From contig OZ024741.1 in assembly GCA_964016885.1 (NCBI GenBank), positions 301,320,001 through 301,384,000 of the forward strand: a stretch of 64,000 nucleotides of DNA, given 5' to 3'. The notes under the pieces are model-generated. The model ran no database searches, had not been told where the DNA came from, and saw only the letters and a program-made list of their open reading frames with translations. Below, in pieces: positions 54,604 through 64,000 of the stretch. Both the position numbers and the translations under genes were made by a program. Positions within the stretch are counted from its first letter, which is position 1. Each line of letters starts with the position of its first letter. This stretch comes from Eledone cirrhosa. Taxonomy: Eukaryota.

Positions 54604-54847
54604 ATTAAAGGTGGAAAACTGGGAGAGGGCACTTGCCCTGGTGGTCAGGGCCACTGTGGTCTTTTAATGGGCTTTCTCCACAAATGTCCCTTGGAAGTCT
54701 CCCCACTATTGGGGAATTTTTCTTTGTTATTTTATTTCAACCTCTGTTTTTTTACACGCAGAAATGCCCATTTGTACCGTCCTGTATTGTCCTGTACTGT
54801 CCTTAATGTCTACTTTATGTAAACCCTTGTGGTTAATAAAGAAAACA
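52142..54847 (+). mobile_element. 5'-truncated L1/Tx1-clade LINE, same family as the element at 60140
   Basis: Near-identical to 63440-64000; AATAAA at ~54835, then (TTA)n. Confidence 0.92.
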
Positions 54848-54882
54848 TTATTATTATTATTATTATTATTGTTATTGTTATT

Positions 54883-55806
54883 CCTTGAATCTCAGTCATT
54901 GATGTTGGTTAACTGGAAAGTCCGTTGGATTGAATATCAAGCCACTACCTGCAGCCTCAGATATTCAGGACGTATCGGAGGGTTCTTGCTGTTCCAAGCA
55001 AGCATGCCTTTTGAAGCGTTCCAAAAAGCGTGAAGGGGCCGATTTTCTTTAACCATCCCTGGAAACCTTTGGAGATAGTCCCCAGTGCGCCTATGACAAT
55101 CGGGATCACTTTGACTTCATGGCAGTTCCAAATCCTTTTCACCTCCCACTTTAGGTCCTGGTATCGGTTAATTTTCTCCCTCTCCTTCTCTTGCACTCTC
55201 GTGTCGAACGGGCAGGCCACATCCATAATCAGGCACGATCTTTTTTCTTTGTCCATAACCACCAGGTCAGGTCTATTGTGTTCCAGTTTTTTGTCCGTCT
55301 GTATCCTAAAATCCCACAGCACCTTCACCTGACTGTTCTCCATCACCGCCTCTGGCCTATGCTCATACCATTTCTCAGAATGTGGTAGATTGTTTACTTT
55401 GCACAGGTGCCAGTGGATCACCCTGCCCATCACATCGTGTCTCCAGCCCTTATAGTGGGTCTGGGCTAGGTGTTTACACTCGGACACAATGTGAGCCACA
55501 GTCTCCTCTCTCTCTCCACAGATCCTGCACAGTGGGCTAGCCTCCTCCTTGTAGATATGGTGCTTCAACCACTTCGTTTTGAGGGCCTGCTCCTGCGCAG
55601 CCATTAGCATTCCTTCTGTAGCCTTTTTGAGGTCTCCTCTTCTCAACCAGTTCCATGTCTGTGGATCTCTAAATTCAGTTTTCTCAAAGAAGGTACTATG
55701 AAGGGATTTTCCCTTAAGGCTGCTCTTCCTCCTTGATGTTATTTCCTCCTTGGACATCCCCTGGCCTACTGTCCCCTCCTTCAGTACAGTTCTGAGCATT
55801 GACTCC
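54883..55806 (-). mobile_element. 5'-truncated R4/Dong-type non-LTR element (CCHC + restriction-like endonuclease) flanked by (TAA)n
   Basis: CRICGEREETVAHIVSEC, RHD, NRPDLVVMD...IMDVACP, KINRYQDL, PIVIGALG. Confidence 0.88.
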
Positions 55807-55875
<69 letters not shown>

Positions 55876-55876
<1 letters not shown>

Positions 55877-58800
55877 AGTTGCATTTATCTTGCTTTATGT
55901 TCATACGAGTTATCACCAAGTCACAACCAGTGACCTCAAGAGACAACAAGGTCCGCCATGTTCAAGAAAGAACATACATACTCACACATGCATCTTTAGT
56001 GTTTAGACTTGTGATGTACTTATATTGACAGAATCTTCCTTAGTATATGGGCAGTTCCCATTAGTACTATCTTTTGTATTTCTCCTATACGCGGGTTTTC
56101 TGGGATTTGCGATAAGTAATCATTAGACCCGTTAGGTATCATTCCCAGAGCGCCTACAACCACTGGTATTGTTTTAGTTCTCAATTTCCACATTTTTCAA
56201 ATTTCTATCTCCAGGTCCTTATACTTGCTCAATTTTTCAAATGTTTTTATAGATACATTCTTGACTATTGGAACAGACATATCAATTAGCAGGCATACCC
56301 TCTTTTTAAAGTCCTTCAATATTATATCAGGTCTATTTGCATCTATTTTTCGGTCTGTTTGGATGCTAAAGTTCCACAAGATTGAGATGTGATCTTTTTC
56401 AAGTATGGGAGGTGGTTGATGCTCCCACCAATTCTTTTGATGGGGCAGGTCAAAATGCTAACACATTATCCAATGTATGTATTGTGCAGCTCTGTCATGC
56501 CTGTTTAGGTATTCGGTTGGAGCTATAGGACTGCACATTGAAATTATATGGTCAATGGTCTCTGGTTGTTTTTTGCATACACGGCATAATGGGCTGCATC
56601 CATTTTTTATTATGTTGGCTTGGTAATTTTTTGTTGGCAGACACTGATCTTGTGCTGATATAATCAGTCCTTCAGTCTCCGATTTCAGTCCAGAGGATGC
56701 CAACCACTGATGGGTTAAAGTTTTGTCAACATCAGGATTGTTAGCTCGCTCTGGTTATTTTCCATACAGAGGCTTTTCTTGCCATTTCTTAGCCAGTTTC
56801 TGTAGCAGTTCTTTCTTTGCAGTTACTTTTACCTGCTTTGCTTTTTCTGTGTTTTCCATTTCAGCAGTAAATGGGACTTCTGAAATTTGTAGTCCATTAC
56901 TGTATCTTTGTGCATTTTTTGTAATGGAATATGATCTTTTGATGCGTTGGTGGTTCAAAACGAGTTTGATCATACAATCTTGTGATTCCCTTAGATATGT
57001 AGATAATCCAATTGTTGCAGTTTTCAACGCAATGTCTAACTGGATTAACCCACGTCCTCCTTCTTTCCTAGGGAGATATATTCTATCTATATCTGCCTTG
57101 GGGTGATGCATTCTATGCATGGTTAAGAATTTTCGGATTTTTGTATCGAGCCTCCAGATCTCTGTGCTTGACCAGTTGATGACATTGTAACTGTAGGTTA
57201 CTACTGGTATGGCAAGCGTGTTTATGGCATCGATCCTATTCCTTTCATTCAATTCCGTTCTTAAGATTGCTCTAACTCTGCGGTAACATTCCTTCCTTAT
57301 CCTTTCCCTCATTGTCGAGTGCTTGATTCCGTCTCCTTCACAGACACCTAGATATTTGTAAGTTTTTTCTTGATCAAGTTCTCTTATCACGTTCCCCCGA
57401 TCAAGATTAATGTCTGAACTCTTCAGCAGCTTTCCTCTGGTGAACGTTGCTTTGCCGCATTTATCTAGTCCAAACTCCATTTTAATGTCATCACTGAACT
57501 GCTCCACAGTGGATAATAGCCCTTGCAATTGTTCATCATTTTTTGCAAATAGTTTCAGGTCATCCATGTAGAACAAGTGATTAATGGTTTTGTCATAGAC
57601 TTTATATCCATGTTTTGTTTCATTGAGCATTTTACTTAATGGTATAAGTGCGATGCAGAATAAAAGCGGTGATAAAGAGTCACCCTGAAAAATTCCACAA
57701 TTAATATTAACTTTTCCAGCTTCCAGTGATTTTGTTTCACTATTCAAAAGGAGTGTCGTTTTCCATGTCTTCATACTGAATGACAAAAACCTCCTGACAA
57801 CGGGGGATATTTTGAAAATCTCTAAACATTTTTCAATCCAACTGTGTGGCAAACTATCGAATGCTTTTTTATAATCTATCCAAGCAATCGATAGATTTTT
57901 GTGTCTATTATGACAATCTTCCAGTATCATTTTGTTAACCAGAAGCTGATCCTTACAGCCATATGAGCCTCGTTTACACCCTTTCTGCTCAATGGGAAAT
58001 AGGTCATTTGTTATCAGGTGGTCATATGTGTATTCAGTTAGGAGTGATGTTAAAATTTTATACATTGTGGTCAAGCAAGTTATCGGTCTGTAATTTTTGG
58101 GACTGTTTGTCTCATCATTCTTCGGAAGCAGGAATGTAATGCCGTTAACTAGCCATGATGGTATCTTTTCTGGCTCCTTAACTATTTCATTGTAAAGTTG
58201 GGCTAACAGCTCATGAGACTCTGTGAAGGCATTTATCCAAAAGTTTTGTATTTTGTCTTTTCCTGGGGATTTCTATTTGCTAGTTTTTCTTAGAGACAAG
58301 CGCAACTGTTCAACTGTTATATTTTCCCATATTTGTTCCTCAAGGTGAGCTGTATCTTTCATTTGTCTGTCTATCCATGGGGCATGTATGTTATGAACTT
58401 TTTCTTCGGCCCAGATCTTTTCCCAGAATTCTTGCACTTCCTCCTTGGGTGGTATTGATTTAGCAGTTATTGTTGACTTACCAATTTTTCTGTAGAAGTT
58501 TCTTTGGTTGTTTGTTAACATATTATTGTCCTTATAGAATCTAGATCGTTTTTCAAAGCGCCTTATACGAGCAGCTTTGGCCGACACTTTTTGCTTGATT
58601 ATTTCTATCAGCATGTCTATATCACTTGTTGATTTTATACTGTACTTTTTTTTCAATTTTCTAAGTTTAGTTTGTTTAACATGTTCACCTACTTTATAGT
58701 TTGTTAAAATTTCTATGTCAGATCGGAGAAGGTTTATTTGGCGATTGATATTCTCTTGCCAAGTAGATTTCTTGTGGGAATTCCTTTGTTTTTTCATCTT

Positions 58801-59860
58801 CACTCCACATACGTGAGTGGTGACTTTAGCCGATGCATAATAGAGATGATTTAAATCAGTAATGTTTAGTTTGTTTGTGATGATAATGTTTTTGAGAATT
58901 ATGTTAGTCTTGTGTATTATCTTTTGGTTCTGTTTGGAGTTCTGGATCTTAGGGAGGGTGTCTCGTTGCCCCATGTCAGATTCTTTCACTTTCATCTATT
59001 CGATCATAATTACATCCTTCAAGTTGGCAAGTTCATTCTCATTCATTTCTTTATCATTTACGATCTCATTATTTTCATTTGGAGTTTCATCTTGAGCATG
59101 CACTCCCTCCACTTTTTCGATCCTTTCTTTAATTTGTTCTGTTGCCAGTGATTCCGCCCCAACCCTGGGATTCGAAGTGTTACAATTTACCTCGTTTTCA
59201 CTGACACATGTTTCATTTTCCCTTCGCTGACTTTGTGCTAATAGCTTGATCTGATCAATTTTTATATCAGTTAGTATCTTTTTTTAACAATATTTCTTCG
59301 TATATTGGCTAGTTTGTTACTGTCAATATAGCCTCTGTTTTCGGGATGTTTCTTTTTCCAGTTGATATATGTCTGTTCTGTATTCGATGTATTTGATGGG
59401 TAGTACATGGCAGTGTAGAAAGCCTCAAGGACTTCTTTATTATCTTCCCTTGACCATTTTTCTCTCTTTTTCTTTGGATTTCTTGGTGGTGAGCATGGAG
59501 GGCCAACAGTAGGAGTATTCCGGTTATGGGAGGTCTCCAGCTCCGAAGTGATGGGAAGGTTTGAACCATTAGCTGATTTTTCGACCCCAGTCTGGTTCCT
59601 CTCTGAGGGACGCGGCCCTTTTTTACCCGGGTGACGGCCGATCCGGTATGAGATTTTATCATTAGACATTTACTTTATTTTGTCGCGTTTTATCCTTATC
59701 CGCCAAGGGGTAATCATTTCGTGTTACCACTTCTAGAACGAGTGTCAACCAAGACTAGAGGCGTCGTTCTCCCCTAGAGACACGGCTATTCCCCGCCGGC
59801 CGCCATCCCGGTATTTCTTGGTCACGGGGTTTTCTTTTTGTTGTTTTTTTTTTAATTGCT
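55876..59860 (-). mobile_element. Near full-length degenerate R4/Dong-type element (RT + CCHC + RLE) ending in (TAA)n
   Basis: EQKGCKRGSYGCKDQLL, WIDYKKAFDS, GIFQGDSLSPLLF, FYMDDLKL, CRVC..ETIDHIISMC, NRPDIILKD; stops and frameshifts present. Confidence 0.9.
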
Positions 59861-60104
59861 ATTATCATGAGTGGTTCCTTAATGTGAGCATTGCGTGGCT
59901 TAAGAATGAAATTATTAATAATTGTCTCCACTCCAGTCACAAGGCCAGCAATCACCCAGTGCATTACAATAATATAATATACTTTTTGCTGAAGTTGCCT
60001 GTTATTGTTGTTGGCTATGTCGGTGGTGGTGCTGGGGCATTTTATATTGTTGGTGAGGAAGGGGTGAGCCAGCATTATTCTTATTATTCTTATTCTTCTT
60101 CTTC

Positions 60105-60139
<35 letters not shown>

Positions 60140-60352
60140 GAATGCCATGGTTGACGGAGGCTCGGCTCTGTAAGGTATAGTAATTTTTAACCGTTAAAAC
60201 AATTGTAAATTGTTTAAAACTTGAACCAAATTGTTGATAAAGACACCCTCCTCCTCGTGAGAGGGGTCTTTCTGTCCGTTATTTGGCCCTTCGGGGTTAA
60301 ATAACCAGTTATTGGGGTTTTGTACCCAAAATTTCATTTTAAACAAAAAAAC

Positions 60353-62449
60353 ATGGCTACGAAAAAGAAATTTCATACGTCACTCCCACTCATTCCGTCT
60401 TCTTCTTCCTCAATCATCACTACAGCAGAGAGAAGATTGTCTCTCTCCCTCCCTTCTTTAAATGTGTCTCTCTCCCTCCCTTCTCTTTCGCAAGCGACGA
60501 AAGAAAAGAAAAGTCTCGTGCAAAGCGTGCAAGGTTTCTCCACGACGACGACGACAGCGACGAAACAGGTGTGCGGGAAATACGAAAACCCAGTTCATTC
60601 GTCTGACGTCAGGAATAATAGCAGTAGCAGCCGTAATAACAACAGCAACAGTGACAATGAAAACAACAGTAGCAGCCGCAACAGCATCACCAGCAGCATA
60701 AACAACAACAGCATTAGCAGCAGCAACACCAACAACAACCACAGCAACAGCGGCGGAGGCAGTAGTCGTAGTACCTGCAGCAACAACAAAAGTACCAGCA
60801 GCTCTGACGACAACAACAACAGCAGAGAAAAACCAATCTCATTTGCAGGTATTGCGAAAAACTTGGAAACAATCCTCATAACAAATGAGGAATTAGAGGA
60901 AGCGAAGAAGATGGTGACAAAGAACGGACACCGAGCAATCTGCAAGGCAGCGAAAAAATTTTTCGAAACCCAAGAGCACTGTACGGTCACGTACCGTACA
61001 GTAAGTACAAAATCCCGTAGGGTGGAAAGAGCCACAGAGGCCCAAATACAAAAAGCCTTGGGGTCTGTGTGGCAGAGGAAAACGCACATCACCCGAGGCA
61101 AAAAATACGCCACCGTAGACGTACTTTTTGCCACACCCCAGGAGGCAAAGGCCCAATCAGTAGTGACCCTAAGGAGCGAGGAAATGGTGTTGGTGCCCTC
61201 CTACTGCGGGCAAAAAATTGTGAGGGTCAAACTGACCCACGTCCCCCCCGGAATGACCCCTTCTTGGCTGGCCGCGTCTGTCCTCGTCGGAATCGAGGAC
61301 AAAACAACTGTACTGCAAGTACAGAAAAAAGTAAGAGAAGATTGGGTCGGCTCCTCCATTGAGATGCTAATCCAAACCAACCAGGAGTGCATCGAAGCTA
61401 TCCCGGATGTGATAGACTTCGATAACGGCACTCAACTGCCCATAAGTGTTGAGGGCAAACGCCCGAAATGCTTTCGCTGTGGATCGAAGACTCACCTCAG
61501 GGCCTTCTGCAACGAGAAGACCCCGAGAAAGGAGAAAACCCCCCTCCCTCCTAATCCGGCTCCACGGCTACCAGCAACAGGACAAGCGGCAACCAGGAAC
61601 GATAGGTCCGTGGCACCCATACCCACTCCACGGAAATCAAAGACAGCAGCAGCAGTGGAAATATTAACAACAACAACAGCAATACCAAATGCAGCTGCAA
61701 CAGAGACTCCAGTGCAAACATCACCAACAACAACAAGTGAAAGAGTGGAGCTGGTACCCCTCCCCGACCTTACAGAATCAGACATGGAGTGTGAGGTGGG
61801 AGAGGGATGGCAAAAGGTCGCAAGAAGGCACAAACGCAGAAGCAGCGCATCGTCGCCTTTGAAAAGGGAGGAAAGAAATGAGAAAAGGGTAAAGTCTACT
61901 GCAAAGAGACCCACAGCAGCAACACCACCAACACCATCACCACCCACACCAGCACCACCATCACCACCGGCGACAACCCCACCGCCAACAACACCTTCAA
62001 CACCACCACCACAAGCACCAACATCGCAAACACAACAACAAAACACACACACCCAGCAACAACGACAAGAAAATAGCAGAACCACACCCCACCCCCAGAA
62101 AAACAAATGCACGGCAATAAACACACACAACAAGAAACTAATGACTTACATAATTGAACACACAGACATTTCACAACAGGACTACATAATACCAGCACCA
62201 ATCAAAACGCCAACTAACATAAGACTGCTAAAAATAGCACAGAAACAATACACAAACATTAAAACGAAATTCCCCAACGCAGTTGGTGATTTCAGGGACC
62301 TAGGAGGAACCATCAATCGAAGAGTATATTCAGACATTCTCTTAGAAGAGCCGACGACCAGCCGAAGGGACGATTCAACGGTCCCTTCACCAGACGATCA
62401 AGTGAAAAGGGATGTAAAAACCATCCCTCCTCTACCAAAAGTACGGTAA
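60353..62449 (+). CDS. LINE ORF1p (nucleic-acid binding, CCHC knuckle, low-complexity termini)
   Basis: First ATG at 60353; CFRCGSKTHLRAFC; homologous to the ORF1 remnants at 15844-17679. Confidence 0.85.
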   Translation: MATKKKFHTSLPLIPSSSSSIITTAERRLSLSLPSLNVSLSLPSLSQATKEKKSLVQSVQGFSTTTTTATKQVCGKYENPVHSSDVRNNSSSSRNNNSNSDNENNSSSRNSITSSINNNSISSSNTNNNHSNSGGGSSRSTCSNNKSTSSSDDNNNSREKPISFAGIAKNLETILITNEELEEAKKMVTKNGHRAICKAAKKFFETQEHCTVTYRTVSTKSRRVERATEAQIQKALGSVWQRKTHITRGKKYATVDVLFATPQEAKAQSVVTLRSEEMVLVPSYCGQKIVRVKLTHVPPGMTPSWLAASVLVGIEDKTTVLQVQKKVREDWVGSSIEMLIQTNQECIEAIPDVIDFDNGTQLPISVEGKRPKCFRCGSKTHLRAFCNEKTPRKEKTPLPPNPAPRLPATGQAATRNDRSVAPIPTPRKSKTAAAVEILTTTTAIPNAAATETPVQTSPTTTSERVELVPLPDLTESDMECEVGEGWQKVARRHKRRSSASSPLKREERNEKRVKSTAKRPTAATPPTPSPPTPAPPSPPATTPPPTTPSTPPPQAPTSQTQQQNTHTQQQRQENSRTTPHPQKNKCTAINTHNKKLMTYIIEHTDISQQDYIIPAPIKTPTNIRLLKIAQKQYTNIKTKFPNAVGDFRDLGGTINRRVYSDILLEEPTTSRRDDSTVPSPDDQVKRDVKTIPPLPKVR

Positions 62450-62484
62450 GTGGTCTTTCCCATCTTTTCCACTCTATTTTAAAC

Positions 62485-64000
62485 ATGACCTCACTCAGAA
62501 TAGGCAGCATAAATGCGCGTGGCTTGGGGTCGTCATGGAAGCAGGGTCACCTGCTCAACGACCTCAGGTCACTAAACATAGATGTAGTGGCCATCAGCGA
62601 GACCAGAATCTCCGAAGCACGGGCCTTCGCACCGATCTTCGGCGGCTACGATGTGTACGCATCTCCCAGCCGTCCTGGATCGGGTGGAGGAGTTGCTGTG
62701 CTTTTTCGGAGAGGTTTGGATCTCGCCATACGGGCCATCTTCCTGGACCCAGAGGGTAAGCTGGTGGTGCTGGACGTGACCAGCGGAGACGGGCAAGCTT
62801 TCAGGCTAGTGGCCGTCTATGCCCCGACAGGAGCAGGGCGGCCTGATTTCTTCCGGCGTTTGGAGATTTTTCTTGGAACGTCCCGCTCTTTAGTGTTAGT
62901 GGGCGACTGGAACGGGATCTTAGATGCACGCTGGGACTGTGTGGGATTAGCGGATAGGGGTGGAGGGTGCAAGAGCCTCACCAACCTGCTCAGGCGTTTT
63001 GAACTGTCTGACAGGTACCGATTGGATTTCCCGAATGTGCCAATGTGGACTTGGACAAACCGCATAGGGTCATCCAGATCATATCTAGATAGAGTATTTT
63101 GTAGGGAAATAGATAGGTCTAGCATAGGCTGTCCACAATTCAAGATAGTCAGCTACACGGACCACAAATTCGTGACCTGTGTGCTTGACTTAGATAGGCT
63201 TCATAGACGAGGACCCGGCTACTGGAAGCTAAACGCGTCCTTACCAGCGCGCAAGGCCTACAGAGAGCGGTTTAGCGAACTAGTTAAGCGGGCGTTGACG
63301 GGGGCCATCGTCAACAACAAGTGGTGGTTTGCTCTGAAAAGAGCGATTAGAATAGAATCGATTAGGTTTAGTAAGGCTTTAGCAATAGAGAAAAATAGAG
63401 CAGAGGGAGAACTAGTTAGAAAATTAGACGAGGCGCTTAGCAAAGGCATTGCGACCGACGTGCTTGCGGCGAAATTGGCCCTTGACCAATTCTTCAATGC
63501 AAAGCACGAAGGCTGCGTTGTCAGAGCTAGGGTGCGTGCTCTCAGACACGAGGGGACGAAAGCCGTTCAATGGGCCCGAGTGGCGGAGGCGCGTCGTGGC
63601 AACAAAGCCACGATCCGGTCTTTGGTGGACCACGACGGGCGCATGCTACTCGATCCCGGGCAAATGTGTGAAGCTTTTCAGCGACACTTCGCTCAGCTGT
63701 TCGGGGGCAGCGGGGGGCCGGGTAGAGGGATGGACTTTAGTGTCTACCTCGACGGACTGCCGCGGCTCTCGGCCACTGAGGCGAAGTGTTGCGAAAAGCC
63801 GATAACAGCCGCTGAAGTACGGGAGGCAATGACTGGCTGCACAAGGGGTAAATCGCCTGGTTTGGATGGTCTGCCCTATGAACTTTACGTACAGATGCCA
63901 GACTTGTTCGGAGGCCTCTTGGCGGACGTCTACTGCAACTGGCAACAGAACGGGAGAATTCCCAGTTCTGTGAGCCGAGGAGCGGTGGCACTGCTGAGAA
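62485..64000 (+). CDS. LINE ORF2p N-terminal part (APE endonuclease, start of RT); absent from the ORF track because it has no stop in the window
   Basis: Manual translation MTSLRIGSINARGL...AISET...GGGVAVL...VYAP...VGDWN...YLDRVF...TDHK...PGYWKLN...KSPGLDGLP, with no stop codon. Confidence 0.92.
   Translation, partial: MTSLRIGSINARGLGSSWKQGHLLNDLRSLNIDVVAISETRISEARAFAPIFGGYDVYASPSRPGSGGGVAVLFRRGLDLAIRAIFLDPEGKLVVLDVTSGDGQAFRLVAVYAPTGAGRPDFFRRLEIFLGTSRSLVLVGDWNGILDARWDCVGLADRGGGCKSLTNLLRRFELSDRYRLDFPNVPMWTWTNRIGSSRSYLDRVFCREIDRSSIGCPQFKIVSYTDHKFVTCVLDLDRLHRRGPGYWKLNASLPARKAYRERFSELVKRALTGAIVNNKWWFALKRAIRIESIRFSKALAIEKNRAEGELVRKLDEALSKGIATDVLAAKLALDQFFNAKHEGCVVRARVRALRHEGTKAVQWARVAEARRGNKATIRSLVDHDGRMLLDPGQMCEAFQRHFAQLFGGSGGPGRGMDFSVYLDGLPRLSATEAKCCEKPITAAEVREAMTGCTRGKSPGLDGLPYELYVQMPDLFGGLLADVYCNWQQNGRIPSSVSRGAVALLR

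Larger units (their letters stand above)
60140..64000 (+). mobile_element. L1/Tx1-clade LINE, 5'-complete, runs off the window
   Basis: 5'UTR follows (TTA)n; intact ORF1, 35-bp spacer, open ORF2. Confidence 0.92.

Noticed and set aside
55807-55949. Poly-Asn N-terminus of ORF 54957-55949
   Set aside because: Chance read-through from the upstream element's 3'UTR across (TAA)n into a truncated element.
59690-59830. HDV-like ribozyme at the R4 element 5' end (GACCAAGA/UCUUGGUU helix)
   Set aside because: No convincing P3/L3, P1.1 or J4/2 could be assigned by eye.

Overview
AT-rich, microsatellite-dense animal DNA made almost entirely of retroelements. The SINE family and composition suggest an octopod or other coleoid cephalopod (inference). 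No host gene is clearly identifiable. Contents: several Penelope-like elements (PLEs, RT + GIY-YIG), including a 4.6-kb head-to-head palindrome; three L1/Tx1-type LINE copies, one with intact ORF1 and an ORF2 open to the window edge; two R4/Dong-type RLE elements in (TAA)n; tRNA-derived SINEs; a non-autonomous Helitron; and a Tc1/mariner MITE. The main signal lies outside the ORF track: about 20 distinct sequence families (about 30 copies) of type-I hammerhead ribozyme (HHR) motifs. Most sit in short non-coding fold-back cassettes of the form (TA)n - inverted arm - arm + tail - (TA)n. Many have non-canonical cores (U3-A8 covariation, U4C, U4A, extra nt after A9). In two cases the inversion junction falls on the palindromic helix III. 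All folds were read by eye and are untested.
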